The position numbers were made by a program, and so were the translations under genes. Below, piece after piece: positions 9,036-20,100 of a stretch of DNA of 64,000 nt (its first letter is position 1; every line of letters starts with the position of its first letter). The notes beneath the pieces are model-generated. The model had not been told where the DNA came from. It searched no databases and saw only the letters and a list, made by a program, of their open reading frames with translations. Origin of the DNA: Epithemia pelagica (Eukaryota > Protista > Bacillariophyta); NCBI GenBank assembly GCA_946965045.2, contig OX337228.1, positions 1,736,001 to 1,800,000 of the forward strand, given 5' to 3'.

Positions 9036-11416
9036 CTATTCTTGTGGCCCGTACAAGATTTCGGGAGACGACGACCCATCATCCTCGTGTTCGTGAGCTT
9101 GCGAAAAGGTTGTGCGGCTGGGAGTAGTACGACCACGCGGTCGACGACTGCGCCGGGATATGGTCGTAACATCCAATATCGGCTCAGATTGTGGATCCTC
9201 CTCCTGACTCCAATTCATGGGTGAGGAACGATTCGTATACCCTGGTGGCGAGGAGGAGGAGGAGGACGACGACGAGGGCGACGGCGAAATGGCAGCCTCT
9301 TTCCCCCGAGCATTGCTACTGTGGTTGCCCTCGTGGTCGTCGTTCTTGTCCAAGGAACCCTGGTCACTGGCCGTTTCTAACAACAAATTGCGCGAAGCAG
9401 TAGATGAGGGCGAATCGTCCATAGACTGTTGCTGAGGTTGTTTTCGATATCTTTGCCGCTCAGGTTCATCGGGAGGATCTTGTTCTTGGTGGACGTCCAA
9501 TGTTGTTGGCGATGAGGAGGATTGCGCTTGTCGTTCGTGATGTTGTTGCTGGCGTCGTCTTCGCTTGCGTAGATTTCCGTCCGTCGACGACGACCGTGGT
9601 ACCGTGGAGGAGCATGCACCAGCGCTTTGTGTCATGGTTAATGTGGGGAACAAGACCACTGACGAGGCTGCCGTGCTTTGTGAATCACCTGGTTCTCCTT
9701 CTTGATTCATCTCGACTACGGCCTCCTGTGGTTGTTGTTGTTCTGATTGGTGGGGAACAGTTTCTGGATGAAACGTCACAGGAGAAGCTTGACTGGACCC
9801 TTGCGTCAACGGTGGTCGCGGCAACGACGCTTCCTCCTCTTGCTGCTGCTCTCTTGTTTGTTGTCGTTGTCGTTTGGAGTTTGCCTTTTTTCGCTGTCTT
9901 GGCTGCTGTTCTTCCGTGTCAGTAGGAATAATGGCCGTTTGTTCATCATCATCGTTCTCATCATCATCATCATTCTCGTCTTGTTGGAGACAAGCCAAGA
10001 TGAATTCCACGTAGCAGCAGGGAGCCTTGGCGGCAGTTGGTTCCTCATTATTATTTGCCGTAGTATATTGTTTGGAAGGATGATCCAACAAAACTTGATG
10101 TTGCACGGCCATCATACCTTGGGCATTCAAGGTCAAACAACTTTCTTGTGCCGTCTCCAAACCTCGCAAACTAGCCATGAGAGCGGACCATGAAAAGTGA
10201 CTTGTCACCACCTGGCTTGACGACGACGATGATGATGATTGGTTGTGTTCCGTATTGTTGTTTTCGTCCAGAATGGTGTTGGTCAAGAGGTAGTACGGTG
10301 GTACGGTCCAGCAACATTCTCCCATATGTCCTACCGTGGCCATTTCCAAGCCTCGTGTGGGATGGACACGAACCGTCACGACCCGAGCTCCACTGACCAT
10401 TTGCAATTCTGGAATCAACAGAGCCAGGAGCGGAGATGAGACAAGAACACGAGCTGCCAGGGGAGACGATCGAAAGGCACCATGCAAGGTACCCTGTGCT
10501 TGTTGTTGTGTGGAATGGTCGTCATTGTCATTGTCCTCCACACTGTCGGGAGGAGGGAGCATTCCGGGAATGGTAGCCGTCGAAAGTACCGTACCACGAC
10601 GTTCCAACAACAATTCCAATCGCAAATATTCTTGAGTGGCATTGTAAGAGAAGGCCACTTGTGTATGATCCAAGGATTGGGTACCAAATACATGCAAACA
10701 TTCCAAGACCGACGTGAGACTGACACAAAACTGTGTCGATCCACAGTAGGAATCGAGAAAACCCCCCCACACACGGTTTCCGAGAAATGGATCAACAGGG
10801 AAAAGCAAACACACAAACGAAGAGAGAACGATCATAACAATATTAGTTCATGTTCGTCTCTTTTCAGGAAAAGAATCACAAAACTCCAAAAAACCACAAC
10901 AACGCTTCTTTGAGTAGCCTTTGTGTGTGTTCGTACCTCTCCTCCACTGGCCAAGGCTTCTGCTGCCACTGGTTCTTCTTCGTCCTCTGCTGCAGGTTGG
11001 GTGACTGTCGGAGGCGCGGATGCGACTCGATATTCGGTAAACCAGTCGGCCGGAATGTCAATCGAGGCTTGATACTGTTTGGATCGATTGCCTTGGACAT
11101 GAAAGGTGATACCTTGCGCATTGCAAAAGACAGTCAAACATTGAGAACCCGTCAATGACGATGACGACGACGACGGCAAAGAGGAGGCGGTTCCCGTGGA
11201 AGTGGTACTAGTGGTGCTGTTACTCGGTTGCACCAAACAGGAGAGAAGAGAGGCAATCCCCTTGGCCGATGCACATTGACAGGAAACGAGCCATTCGTCT
11301 TCGGCCTCGCTTTGGCCGCCTTGGTCGTCGGTGGCCGTGTCATCATCTTCAATGTTGGGCGTCCGTTCTTCGTCCTCATCGTCGTGCGTGTGTTGTTTTT
11401 CCTCATTGGCCGCCAT
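9036..11416 (-). CDS. RAD1: 9-1-1 checkpoint clamp subunit RAD1 with long disordered C-terminal tail (2 exons)
   Basis: PCNA-like clamp pattern: GITFHVQ, YQASIDIPADWFTEY, FCVSLTSVLECLHVFG, SCLTLNAQGMMAVQHQV, YVEFIL. A phase-0 GT-AG intron at 10936-10731 joins GGE|FCVS. Confidence 0.78.
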
Positions 11417-11522
11417 GTTTCTTTCTTCTCTAGAAGGATTCCTTGGGGTTCATTTGTCGTTCATTCATTCGTTCGTTTGATTGCCGTATTGCACATTGTG
11501 AATTGTGATCCGGGGATGACGA

Positions 11523-11670
11523 TAAATGGTGGGGGCCCCTATCTATGGATCAAAGATCTTTAGGGGGCATCGATGGTGGTCAGTGTCATTAAATGGTGGG
11601 GGCCCCGCTTATCTATGGATCAAAGATCTTTATTGTAGGGGGCATCGATAGTGGTCAGTGGTCAGTGTCA
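11523..11670. repeat. Imperfect tandem duplication (67-bp offset) in the RAD1/TRF4 divergent intergenic region
   Basis: taaatggtgggggcccc..tatctatggatcaaagatcttta..gggggcatcgat.gtggtcagtgtca starts at 11523 and again at 11590. The second copy has small insertions. Confidence 0.92.
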
Positions 11671-11714
11671 ACCCCCCCCCTCATTTGTAGAACGACGGTT
11701 ACCATTGGAAGACA

Positions 11715-13559
11715 ATGGACGATACCTCTGTCTTGGTGAAACAAGATACGAGCCTCTCCAAGAAGAAGGAAAAGAAAGAGAAAAAGGAAAAGAAGGAAAA
11801 GAAAGACAAGAAGGAAAAGAAAGAGAAGAAAGCGAAAAAGGAAAAGAAGAAAGAGAAGAAGGAGACGGAAGACGTGGAAGACACTCCGACGATCGAGGAC
11901 GGTTTGGACGACAAGGAGGAGGATGCAGCGATGAGTGACCTTCCACAATCCTCCACAAATACTATGAATGAAGCGGAATGGAAAGATGATGATTTCTTGT
12001 TGTTTGTTACCAAAGACGACGAACCGACCAACCAAGATGACAACGAGACCAACCCTACAACAAACAATGAGGAAGAATCGTCCCTTCCTCCTTGGATGTG
12101 GTTTGATACTCCCGAAACATCGTCCCTCTTGTCGTCATCATCACCCCCCGTATCCTCCAGTGGACGTGGACGACAGAGGCAGCGAAAACAACAACAAGAG
12201 CAAGTGTCTCCCTTGGTACGCTTGCACAATGAAATTGTAGCCTTTATGCAGTTGGTGGAACCCACTGTCGAAGAAATTCAACAACGGCGTGATTTAGTAG
12301 AGCGGATGCGACAATTGGTATTGGTGCAAGCCTTGCCAGACGAAGCACAATCGGTGCAAGTCTTTGGTAGTTTGGCCACTGGTCTCTTTTTGCCCTCGTC
12401 CGACATTGATTTGGTGGTGGTGGTGGGGAATAAAAACAAAAAGAACCAAACAAACAAGAAGGAGGACACCACCACAGGAATCCAGTCGCCACCGGCCAAA
12501 CGAAGACGAATGAATCACGTGAAGGACGAAGAAGACGATGACGACGATGATGATGGCTTGGTTTCGGAAGAACCTGTAGGCGATCAAGCTCCCGAACATT
12601 CCAACGACAACGACAACGACAAGGACGACGACGTCCTAGATATAGAGGAGGCAATTCCTCGCCTATTGCATACCTTGGCGGATACCATTCGAACTGAATG
12701 GTATTCTGAATTGAGCTACTTGGAAGTGATTGAACAAACTCGAATACCCTTGGTCAAATTGACCCATGTGCCCACGGGGTGCAATGTCGATTTTTCCTTT
12801 TCAACGGACGAACAGCCCTCGGGTGTGCAAGCGGCTAAATTGGTCTCGAGCTATTTGGAAAAATTGCCACCGGTGCGGCCTCTCACGTACACTCTCAAGT
12901 ACTTTTTGGCCATTCGAGGACTCAATGAACCCTACTCGGGCGGAGTTGGATCCTTCTTACTCCAACTCATGATTGTAGCCTATTTGCAACAACGACACAA
13001 TCATCATCAACGACTCCAATCGCAGCAATGGGCAACCAATACAGAACTGCAAAATTTGGGAAGTCTGTTGATGGAATTTTTGGAGTTTTATGGGTGTCAA
13101 TTCAACTATGTCACTACAGGGATTTCGCTTTTGGAGGGTGGAAAGTTCTTTCCCAAGGGACACCGGCCGGATCCTTTTTGGAAACCAGACCGGCCCTTTC
13201 ATTTGGCCATGGAAAATCCCATGGATACTAGTTTGGACGTTGGATCGGGGAGTTTCCGAATCAACATGGTACAACGGGCCTTTGCCACGGCACACAAACT
13301 CTTGGCCACGCAATTGGCATGTCCACACTATCTTCCCAAGGAAGATGCAGGAAATGGAAACGATCCAAATACAACCAGCAGCATCTTGGATTCCATTCTC
13401 CGGCCCAACGAGGCATTGTTGGACCGTGCACGCAAGCGACGACGACAACTCCAAAAGGAACAAGCAGAACTTGTTCCACCATCTCCTCCTCACGGAGCCT
13501 TGGCCGCTTCGAGGCCCGATGGAACCAAGAACAAGAGGAAATTCGCACGGAAACGATAG
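11715..13559 (+). CDS. Non-canonical poly(A) polymerase, TRF4/5 (PAPD5/7, TENT4) family
   Basis: RLHNEIVAF, FGSLATGLFLPSSDIDLVV (nucleotidyltransferase GS/DxD), RIPLVKL, GLNEPYSGGVGSFLL, and the PAP-associated LAMENPMDTSLDVGSGSF. The N-terminus is K/E-rich. Confidence 0.93.
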   Translation: MDDTSVLVKQDTSLSKKKEKKEKKEKKEKKDKKEKKEKKAKKEKKKEKKETEDVEDTPTIEDGLDDKEEDAAMSDLPQSSTNTMNEAEWKDDDFLLFVTKDDEPTNQDDNETNPTTNNEEESSLPPWMWFDTPETSSLLSSSSPPVSSSGRGRQRQRKQQQEQVSPLVRLHNEIVAFMQLVEPTVEEIQQRRDLVERMRQLVLVQALPDEAQSVQVFGSLATGLFLPSSDIDLVVVVGNKNKKNQTNKKEDTTTGIQSPPAKRRRMNHVKDEEDDDDDDDGLVSEEPVGDQAPEHSNDNDNDKDDDVLDIEEAIPRLLHTLADTIRTEWYSELSYLEVIEQTRIPLVKLTHVPTGCNVDFSFSTDEQPSGVQAAKLVSSYLEKLPPVRPLTYTLKYFLAIRGLNEPYSGGVGSFLLQLMIVAYLQQRHNHHQRLQSQQWATNTELQNLGSLLMEFLEFYGCQFNYVTTGISLLEGGKFFPKGHRPDPFWKPDRPFHLAMENPMDTSLDVGSGSFRINMVQRAFATAHKLLATQLACPHYLPKEDAGNGNDPNTTSSILDSILRPNEALLDRARKRRRQLQKEQAELVPPSPPHGALAASRPDGTKNKRKFARKR

Positions 13560-13589
13560 ACCGTATCCTCGGTGAATCGATCGCACGTA

Positions 13590-16328
13590 TTATCGTTTGG
13601 TTCGTTGCCATTTGGATCCTCGTGTATCGAGTTGGATGGAGTCGTCGGTATACAAGCTTGTCGCCCGATCAATTACTTGCAATCGCAGTTCTTGAAATTG
13701 CATGGGCGACACATTGAGACTGGCACCATGCATGATAGGTTTAGTCAGTTGACCGTCGTCGGCACACAATTCCACCATTTCTCGGACCCATTGCCACTTT
13801 TTCTCTTTATCCGAGACTTGAGTATTGATCACGCGGAGCATGGTCAAGTAGGTAATGTGATTGGCCCCCACTGTGTTGCGGGCTTCCTCAAATACCTTCA
13901 TGGCAATCTCAAAGACGCGCTTGGGTCGATCCTTGGGGTGGACACTAAAGGCACACGCGTTCAAGACGTTGTTGTAGGTTTCAATCAGGGGCGCTACAGC
14001 GGCCGATTGCATACGACGCAAAATGTCCAAGGCCACCTGGGCCTTACCTGGCGTCGTTGATTTGGCAATGGCATTGATACAGCAATTGTATGTCAAATGA
14101 TGAGGCCGCATACTGGCTTGGCCTTTCAAATGAACTTCTTCCAAATGATCCAGTAGGGCCACCGCCCGTTGCATCGAGTCGTGTCGTCCCCTCGTAGCAA
14201 AGCAGTTCAAGACATTGGTAAAGGTATAGACATCAGGATTGACATCATCAAACCCCTTTTCATGCAATTCTCGCATCTCTTTCAACACGGACTCTGCTTT
14301 TTCAATCGAATCTCGTCGTTTGGCTTTGGCCAATGCTTTGAGATAGGTATCATAGGTATAACGGTTCGGTGCTGGTACGTCGTTTCCTCCTTGCGAGGAG
14401 GATCCATTGGTACCATTTGCTTTTTTCTGTTCCTCATACGAGGCCAAGGCTATGCGACGCATTTTGGCCACCATGGCTTCAATCTTTTCAAAGGCATCGG
14501 GACGATTGCTCTTGAAGCAGGCCACCAATAAGGAATTGCAGGCGGTTGTATCGACACGAATCGATGGATCGCCATCCTTTTGCTTTTGTTCCATTTCCTT
14601 GAGCAGGGCTTCTACCATGTAGCTGGCTCTTGGCAATCCGCTCTTGGCAATTAAATTCATGAGACTATTGTACAGGATGGAATCAGGTTTGGGTAAATGC
14701 TGATTGGACGGCGATCCCAGTCGGCGAAATAATGTACAGGCTCGTTGGACCTTGTCCTTGAGGTGGGATCGAGCATAGCATTTCATCAAGGTATTGTACG
14801 AACTAATCAGGGGACAGGTGTCCCGCGTGTAGCCCTTGGCGGCATGGTATCGTTCTTGGAGACGTAACAAGTTTTCAAATCGTTCGGCGGATTCACCCAA
14901 ATCGGCAAATGCCCATCGTCGAAAAACACACTGAAAGGACCAGGAATTGGGGTGCAATTCGCGATTCGTATGTCGTAACATGCGCTCCAAATGTTCTTCT
15001 GCCAAAAGTGCACCATCACGACCAGAGATTTCGTGTCGACGACAGGAAATGTCAATGGCAATAAAGTACTGATGGTAGCACAACAAATCCGGTTTCACTG
15101 CTGGATAATCTTGAGACAATTGGTCCATTTTCAGCAAGAGACGCAAAACAATTTGGCGATTGTTGTGGCTCTCCAATTGTGACGAGAAAGTCGACGAAGG
15201 AGTGGGCAAGGATGAGGGGTGGTGCTTGCCATTGTTGTCCTTGTTCGTATTTTTATGTTGTAAGGCCGAGAAGACCAGATCTTCTTCATCATCCTGACAG
15301 TCAGATTCTGCACTTGGAGGGAGGGAATTTGCATAGGCATGCATAATGGCTGCATAAGAAATGGAATTGGGAGGGAAGGAGCACTGTCCATTTTCGTACC
15401 ATTGGTACCATTGCGATAAGAAATGAACCGCCTTGCCAGGTCCTTCCGCATGACCCGATCGGGCATAGGACCACAACATCATATTCAAGGTTTCGCGGGG
15501 CGGCCATTCTTCCTGCTCCAGCTGGTCTTGGCTATGCTCCGCTGCCGTGTTGTTGTTATGATGATAGCCATTTTTGTCAGCTGTGGCGTTGGACCACGGT
15601 ACGATTGCGGTAGTTGCCACAGTTTGACTGGAATTGGCTGGTACAACAAGTTCCTCTTCTTGTTGGCCTTTTGGAGGTGCTCCAATGGGATTGTACTGGT
15701 CCATCATGTGTTGAATAATTTCTTGGGCTCGATCCAAGCCGGAAATGTCTCCACTTTTGGTCCAACTGGTAATCAACGAGATATAGGCTGGCGCCAAAAT
15801 CCATCGATTCAAGAGGGTATTACCTGCCGCTTGTTCTTGCCGCAATCGATACACAACACGTTCCATGGTGACCGAGACTTGGGGTCGTCGTCGAATTTCC
15901 GAAACCTTTTGAAGCAAGAACAAGGCCTTGTCTATCATGGAACGATCCAAGGCACCAACAGGTACGGCTGTTCCATTGGGTTTGACAAACAATAGGGATG
16001 CTTCTTTCTCCACTTGCCAAGTGGAGTAGGGATAATACTGGTTTGGATTGGGATGCGCAGCATTATAATAACCATTTTGGTTGTTCGAAGCAAAAGTGGT
16101 AGAAGAACTCGTCGTTGTCACTCCATAATGATGGTTCTCATTCTCCTCGTTCCTACGGTGACTATTGTGCGTGGGCGTTGCCCTTTTGTGGGTGGAAACA
16201 ATCGAGGCAACCACCAAGCTTCTTTGGCTGGTGGTCAAGAGGGCATCCAGTCTCGTAAGGCTGAAGCAACACCACCAAAAGGTTGAAATGGCGGCGGTTA
16301 CCACCCACCCGCTTCTCTTTCTTCGCAT
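13590..16328 (-). CDS. Pentatricopeptide-repeat (PPR) protein, probably plastid-targeted
   Basis: About 11 PPR-like units (PNSISYAAIMHAYA, PDSILYNSLMNLIAKSG, PNRYTYDTYLKALA, PDVYTFTNVLNCFA, etc.). A hydrophobic signal peptide ends at LDA|L and is followed by an S/T-rich transit-like region. First ATG at 16328. Confidence 0.88.
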   Translation of the reverse strand: MRRKRSGWVVTAAISTFWWCCFSLTRLDALLTTSQRSLVVASIVSTHKRATPTHNSHRRNEENENHHYGVTTTSSSTTFASNNQNGYYNAAHPNPNQYYPYSTWQVEKEASLLFVKPNGTAVPVGALDRSMIDKALFLLQKVSEIRRRPQVSVTMERVVYRLRQEQAAGNTLLNRWILAPAYISLITSWTKSGDISGLDRAQEIIQHMMDQYNPIGAPPKGQQEEELVVPANSSQTVATTAIVPWSNATADKNGYHHNNNTAAEHSQDQLEQEEWPPRETLNMMLWSYARSGHAEGPGKAVHFLSQWYQWYENGQCSFPPNSISYAAIMHAYANSLPPSAESDCQDDEEDLVFSALQHKNTNKDNNGKHHPSSLPTPSSTFSSQLESHNNRQIVLRLLLKMDQLSQDYPAVKPDLLCYHQYFIAIDISCRRHEISGRDGALLAEEHLERMLRHTNRELHPNSWSFQCVFRRWAFADLGESAERFENLLRLQERYHAAKGYTRDTCPLISSYNTLMKCYARSHLKDKVQRACTLFRRLGSPSNQHLPKPDSILYNSLMNLIAKSGLPRASYMVEALLKEMEQKQKDGDPSIRVDTTACNSLLVACFKSNRPDAFEKIEAMVAKMRRIALASYEEQKKANGTNGSSSQGGNDVPAPNRYTYDTYLKALAKAKRRDSIEKAESVLKEMRELHEKGFDDVNPDVYTFTNVLNCFATRGRHDSMQRAVALLDHLEEVHLKGQASMRPHHLTYNCCINAIAKSTTPGKAQVALDILRRMQSAAVAPLIETYNNVLNACAFSVHPKDRPKRVFEIAMKVFEEARNTVGANHITYLTMLRVINTQVSDKEKKWQWVREMVELCADDGQLTKPIMHGASLNVSPMQFQELRLQVIDRATSLYTDDSIQLDTRGSKWQRTKR

Positions 16329-17141
16329 CCTCAAGGAACGAAGGAATGTACCAATGAGAGTATGTCAAGCCGGCCGTGTGTTATGGTGTGTACTTGAAGA
16401 AGACAAACAACTCTCTTTCATCCATTCATGACAAGCAATCGAGGACGGGCACCACTACCACAACAACAAAACAGGACTTGCGCCTATTGGGACCGCCCAC
16501 AGTTCCTTTTGGTTGGAGAATCCTTTCCTGCAATAGTTCGGGTGCTCTCCACAGAAGATTGCGTTCTTGAAAAAATGGCACCGCTACTAAATCGCCATAC
16601 GAGGCCACGCCCTCTTTTGCCTTGCACAAACGATTCGTCGTACGATCCAGTCTATCGTGGAGCCAACGTTGTCGTCCTGACGAGAGAATACGAATGATGT
16701 TGCAGCAAAGAATAACACAAACCTCAACAATACACACAGAAACAGAATGTGATGGGTTCGTCCCTTTTTTTGTTATTGTTGTGCGTGTGTGCGTGGTCCG
16801 TGTTGGTGCGTGGTGTGTTCGCCGCGTCTCTTCGTCTGTCTGCCGCCATCATGGGCCGACCGTTGCCCCAAAACACAACACATAGGCACCATATTAGCAG
16901 CCGCTATATAAACATGGCTTTCCAGTTTCAAGTGGACCAAGTGAAAGAACGAAACACCCAGGTTGATTCTATGAACAAGTATCTCTCTAAAGACGTAATC
17001 GCTTCTTCTTAGGGAGAAAGGAAACAATTTCCCAAACGCGTCTCAACGCATTGTTTATCCGTAGCCGCGGATGTCGCTTTTTGCATTGCGCGATTCTGGT
17101 TTCCAATTGATACTCCCAGGCAACTGCGCGTCTATATATAT

Positions 17142-20100
17142 CTATGAGCCTTGTTCCACCGCCGCGGCAAGTTCGACAAGCGCTTCTTCCACCAATGAGC
17201 TCAACACACCTTGTTCTCGTAAATGCAAGGACAGTACATGATCGTCATAGTCGTGCGCAATCAACTGCAGGTTCTCTTGCTGGTTGGATGCTGGCTGTTG
17301 TAGTGGTGTCGACGACAACAAACTCACTTGTCGGACATCTTCCGGACAATAACGACCGTAATGGATGCGATACCGAGTTCTTTGCTTGCAAGACGACGAC
17401 GCTGTTCCTTGTACCGATTCCAAAATTTGGGTTTGATAGTCTTGTCGAAGGGTGGAGGTGAAATCGCATCGAGTAATGGCGGGATAGGATTGCAAATCAA
17501 TTTGGGGGGTAAAACACAAGACACCGTGCGCCAAGGAGGAAAATCGGAGTGCGGCACCTCCACCCATGGAATCTCCCAAGTACAGGATACAACGGTATCC
17601 TGCCACTCGTTGCGTCAATTCCTTCAAATAATAGGAATATCCCTGCCATTGACATGTGGGATCTTGACTATACCACGAAAAGGCCGGATCCAACACTTGT
17701 AAGACATGCCACTTGCTTTGTGGAGGTGTCCCACCAATGGTCGTGTTGTCCTTTGGTTCTTGTTGCTGCTTTGACAAGAAACTTTGAATGGTGCCATTCC
17801 ACTCCGGTCGCGCCAGGCCCGATCCCAAACTACTAAAGACCACCAACAAATTGCATTCGGCCCGTGCTTCAAGGTCGTTTGGTTTATCGTGCCAAAAGGC
17901 AAATCGGTCTTTTCCACCATGCCACCATGACGAAAAGGCTTCCTCCAACAGCACAGATGGTACTTGTGCTGCACCAGTGCTACTCTCTTTCTTCTTACCC
18001 AATCTTGTGGATGCCTCATGAGCCTTGAACAAGGCCAAAAGGAAACAAACCGAAAATTCATTCACGGGCAATAACGATCCCGCCCGTCGAGCCAAACTGG
18101 GAGATTCCATGATCCACATGGTACCCGTCAATTGATACAAAGCCTGGACATCACTCAAATCAGTACTAATACTAGCAAAATCCTTCTTTTCTTCATCATC
18201 CTTGTCTGTCTGGGCTCGTTTTCGCGCGGCCTTGGCGGTGGCCAATACCTCTTGTTTACGCTCACGTGACGCTGGATTCAAGAGTGCGGCAATCAACTCT
18301 TGGTACATGTCATGCTTTTCTGTTTCCGAACAATTCAAAAAGGTTAAAACAAACGTCATGGCAGCCATGTAATAATTCGGTTCCTGACGTCCCTGCTTTT
18401 GTTGTTCCTCCCACAGGTGCAAATCAAATCGGGTGGTGTAATGGGGATGACCGGCAACGTCGTCCGTCGAGTCATTTGGTACGTCTTTGCTCATGACCAA
18501 TCGATAGAGTTGGTGACAAGCCGCTCGGGCATATTCCTTTTCGGCAATGGTTTGCGGTGACTCTTGTTTTTCGTCTTCTCCTTCTTGTGCAAACATGTGT
18601 TGTTCTTGAAACCAATCACGAGCTAGGGTAAAGTACAAGACGGGTCGATCTTGAAGACTGAGATTGGCCAAACCACGATGAAAGACACGGACGTCAAAAA
18701 CAATGGCGGATCCGGCCGGAACAAGTGCCCGAATGGCCCGTTCATGACAGGGTGAGACCGCGTGTTGTGAATTCTTGTCCTTGTCTTGTTGCTGTGCCCA
18801 CAAGACGAGATCTGGTGCCCATTCATTGTAATAGGCATCGACATGAGAGCGAGGGACGAACTCGGTTGTTCCATTTTCTTCGTCAACATTAATGAGGGGA
18901 ACAAACACATTGAAACAATGGGTCGGATGATGCTTTTGAGGGTTGGCAAACAAGGAGGGACCATCGCGATGCCAAAATTGTGCCGGTGGTACTGGATCCT
19001 CTTGAGAGGCTCGTGCAAAGGCATGGACTACACCTCCATGCAATACCTTGAGCGTCGGAAAGGACGATGCTGCATCTCCTTCTCCTTCGGTTGGAAACAA
19101 GAGACGACCAAGTTGTTGCGCAAGTTTTTGAGCCAATTGTGCCAGGGGAGACTGTGAATCCGACAAGATGCCATAGCGATTGTCCACGCGATGTCCTGGT
19201 CGTTGTCGAACATGGACCATGTCGAACGCCTCTGCTCCGTTCACGGACAAACCCAAAGGATCCAATTTGTCTCGTTGCAATTGTTCCAAAGCCTTGTCTG
19301 CTTGTTGTCGATAGGAGTCGAGTAGCGTATCCATGGTAGAGCTGCCGTCATGGTTATCCTCGGAATACAAAGACGTGAGCAAGTCGGGGACAATGACCAT
19401 GCCATATTCGTCAAAGATTTGCCCAATTCGTTCATCTACCTTGTCGTCGTCATGATCCACCCGGACCGTGGTCGTGACTGTTTCCATGGTGATAGGCTTT
19501 GGGGTGCTATCCCGGTTGTCCTTCTTTTCTGACGGCGACACAACGGCTTGTGAATCTTGCTGTTTGTCAGGTCGACGAATCAAGGCTTTGGTCGCTCGCT
19601 CCAGTGCCTCGATTTGTTCCTTTGTTTGCTTCGATGCATTCGGACTTGTTGGAAAAGACTTGTCGAAATGAAGTTGTCCTAATCGATATATGTCCCTCCA
19701 TTGGTCCCATAAGGCTTGACACGCTTGTTGAACATGACAAAAGGATATGTTCTGGTCCGAGTTGGTGAGTGCATCTTGTGTCGGTTGTTGCTGTTGTTGT
19801 TGAAGGATGCCTCGTAAACTCCGTTGCAAACCAGATTTTTTAAATCGCGACAGGGGTGGACAATATGGCCAATCCTGCTGTAATCGTTGAACCGTTTGCC
19901 ATACCATTCGAGCACTAGGGGCTGTCGTATTGCGATTGTTATTCGTCGAGTCATTTTGGTGATCCATATAGTCCTTCAAGACCTTGGATGTGGATTGCAA
20001 GTCAAACCCTTGCAAGGCCTTACGAAATTTTCCATGATACAATCCTTCTCGTATCCGTGTGACTTCAATCAAGACGAATTGGGCTCGAGGAACTACCAGC

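Noticed and set aside
11762-11865. Purine-rich AAG/GAA repeat in TRF4 as a mobile or satellite element
   Set aside because: It simply encodes a KKE/KKD low-complexity, NLS-like tract in frame.
2-13559. MUS81-like, RAD1 and TRF4 as a DNA-repair gene cluster
   Set aside because: Unrelated genes (EF-hand protein, GGTase, RNA methyltransferase) intervene, and this density can arise by chance; only the RAD1/TRF4 shared promoter was kept.
16426-17012. Small ORFs between the PPR gene and the PBDC1 fusion (16737-16426 minus, 16915-17012 plus)
   Set aside because: No recognisable motif, and no consistent splice path to a neighbouring gene was found; most likely promoter or UTR sequence.
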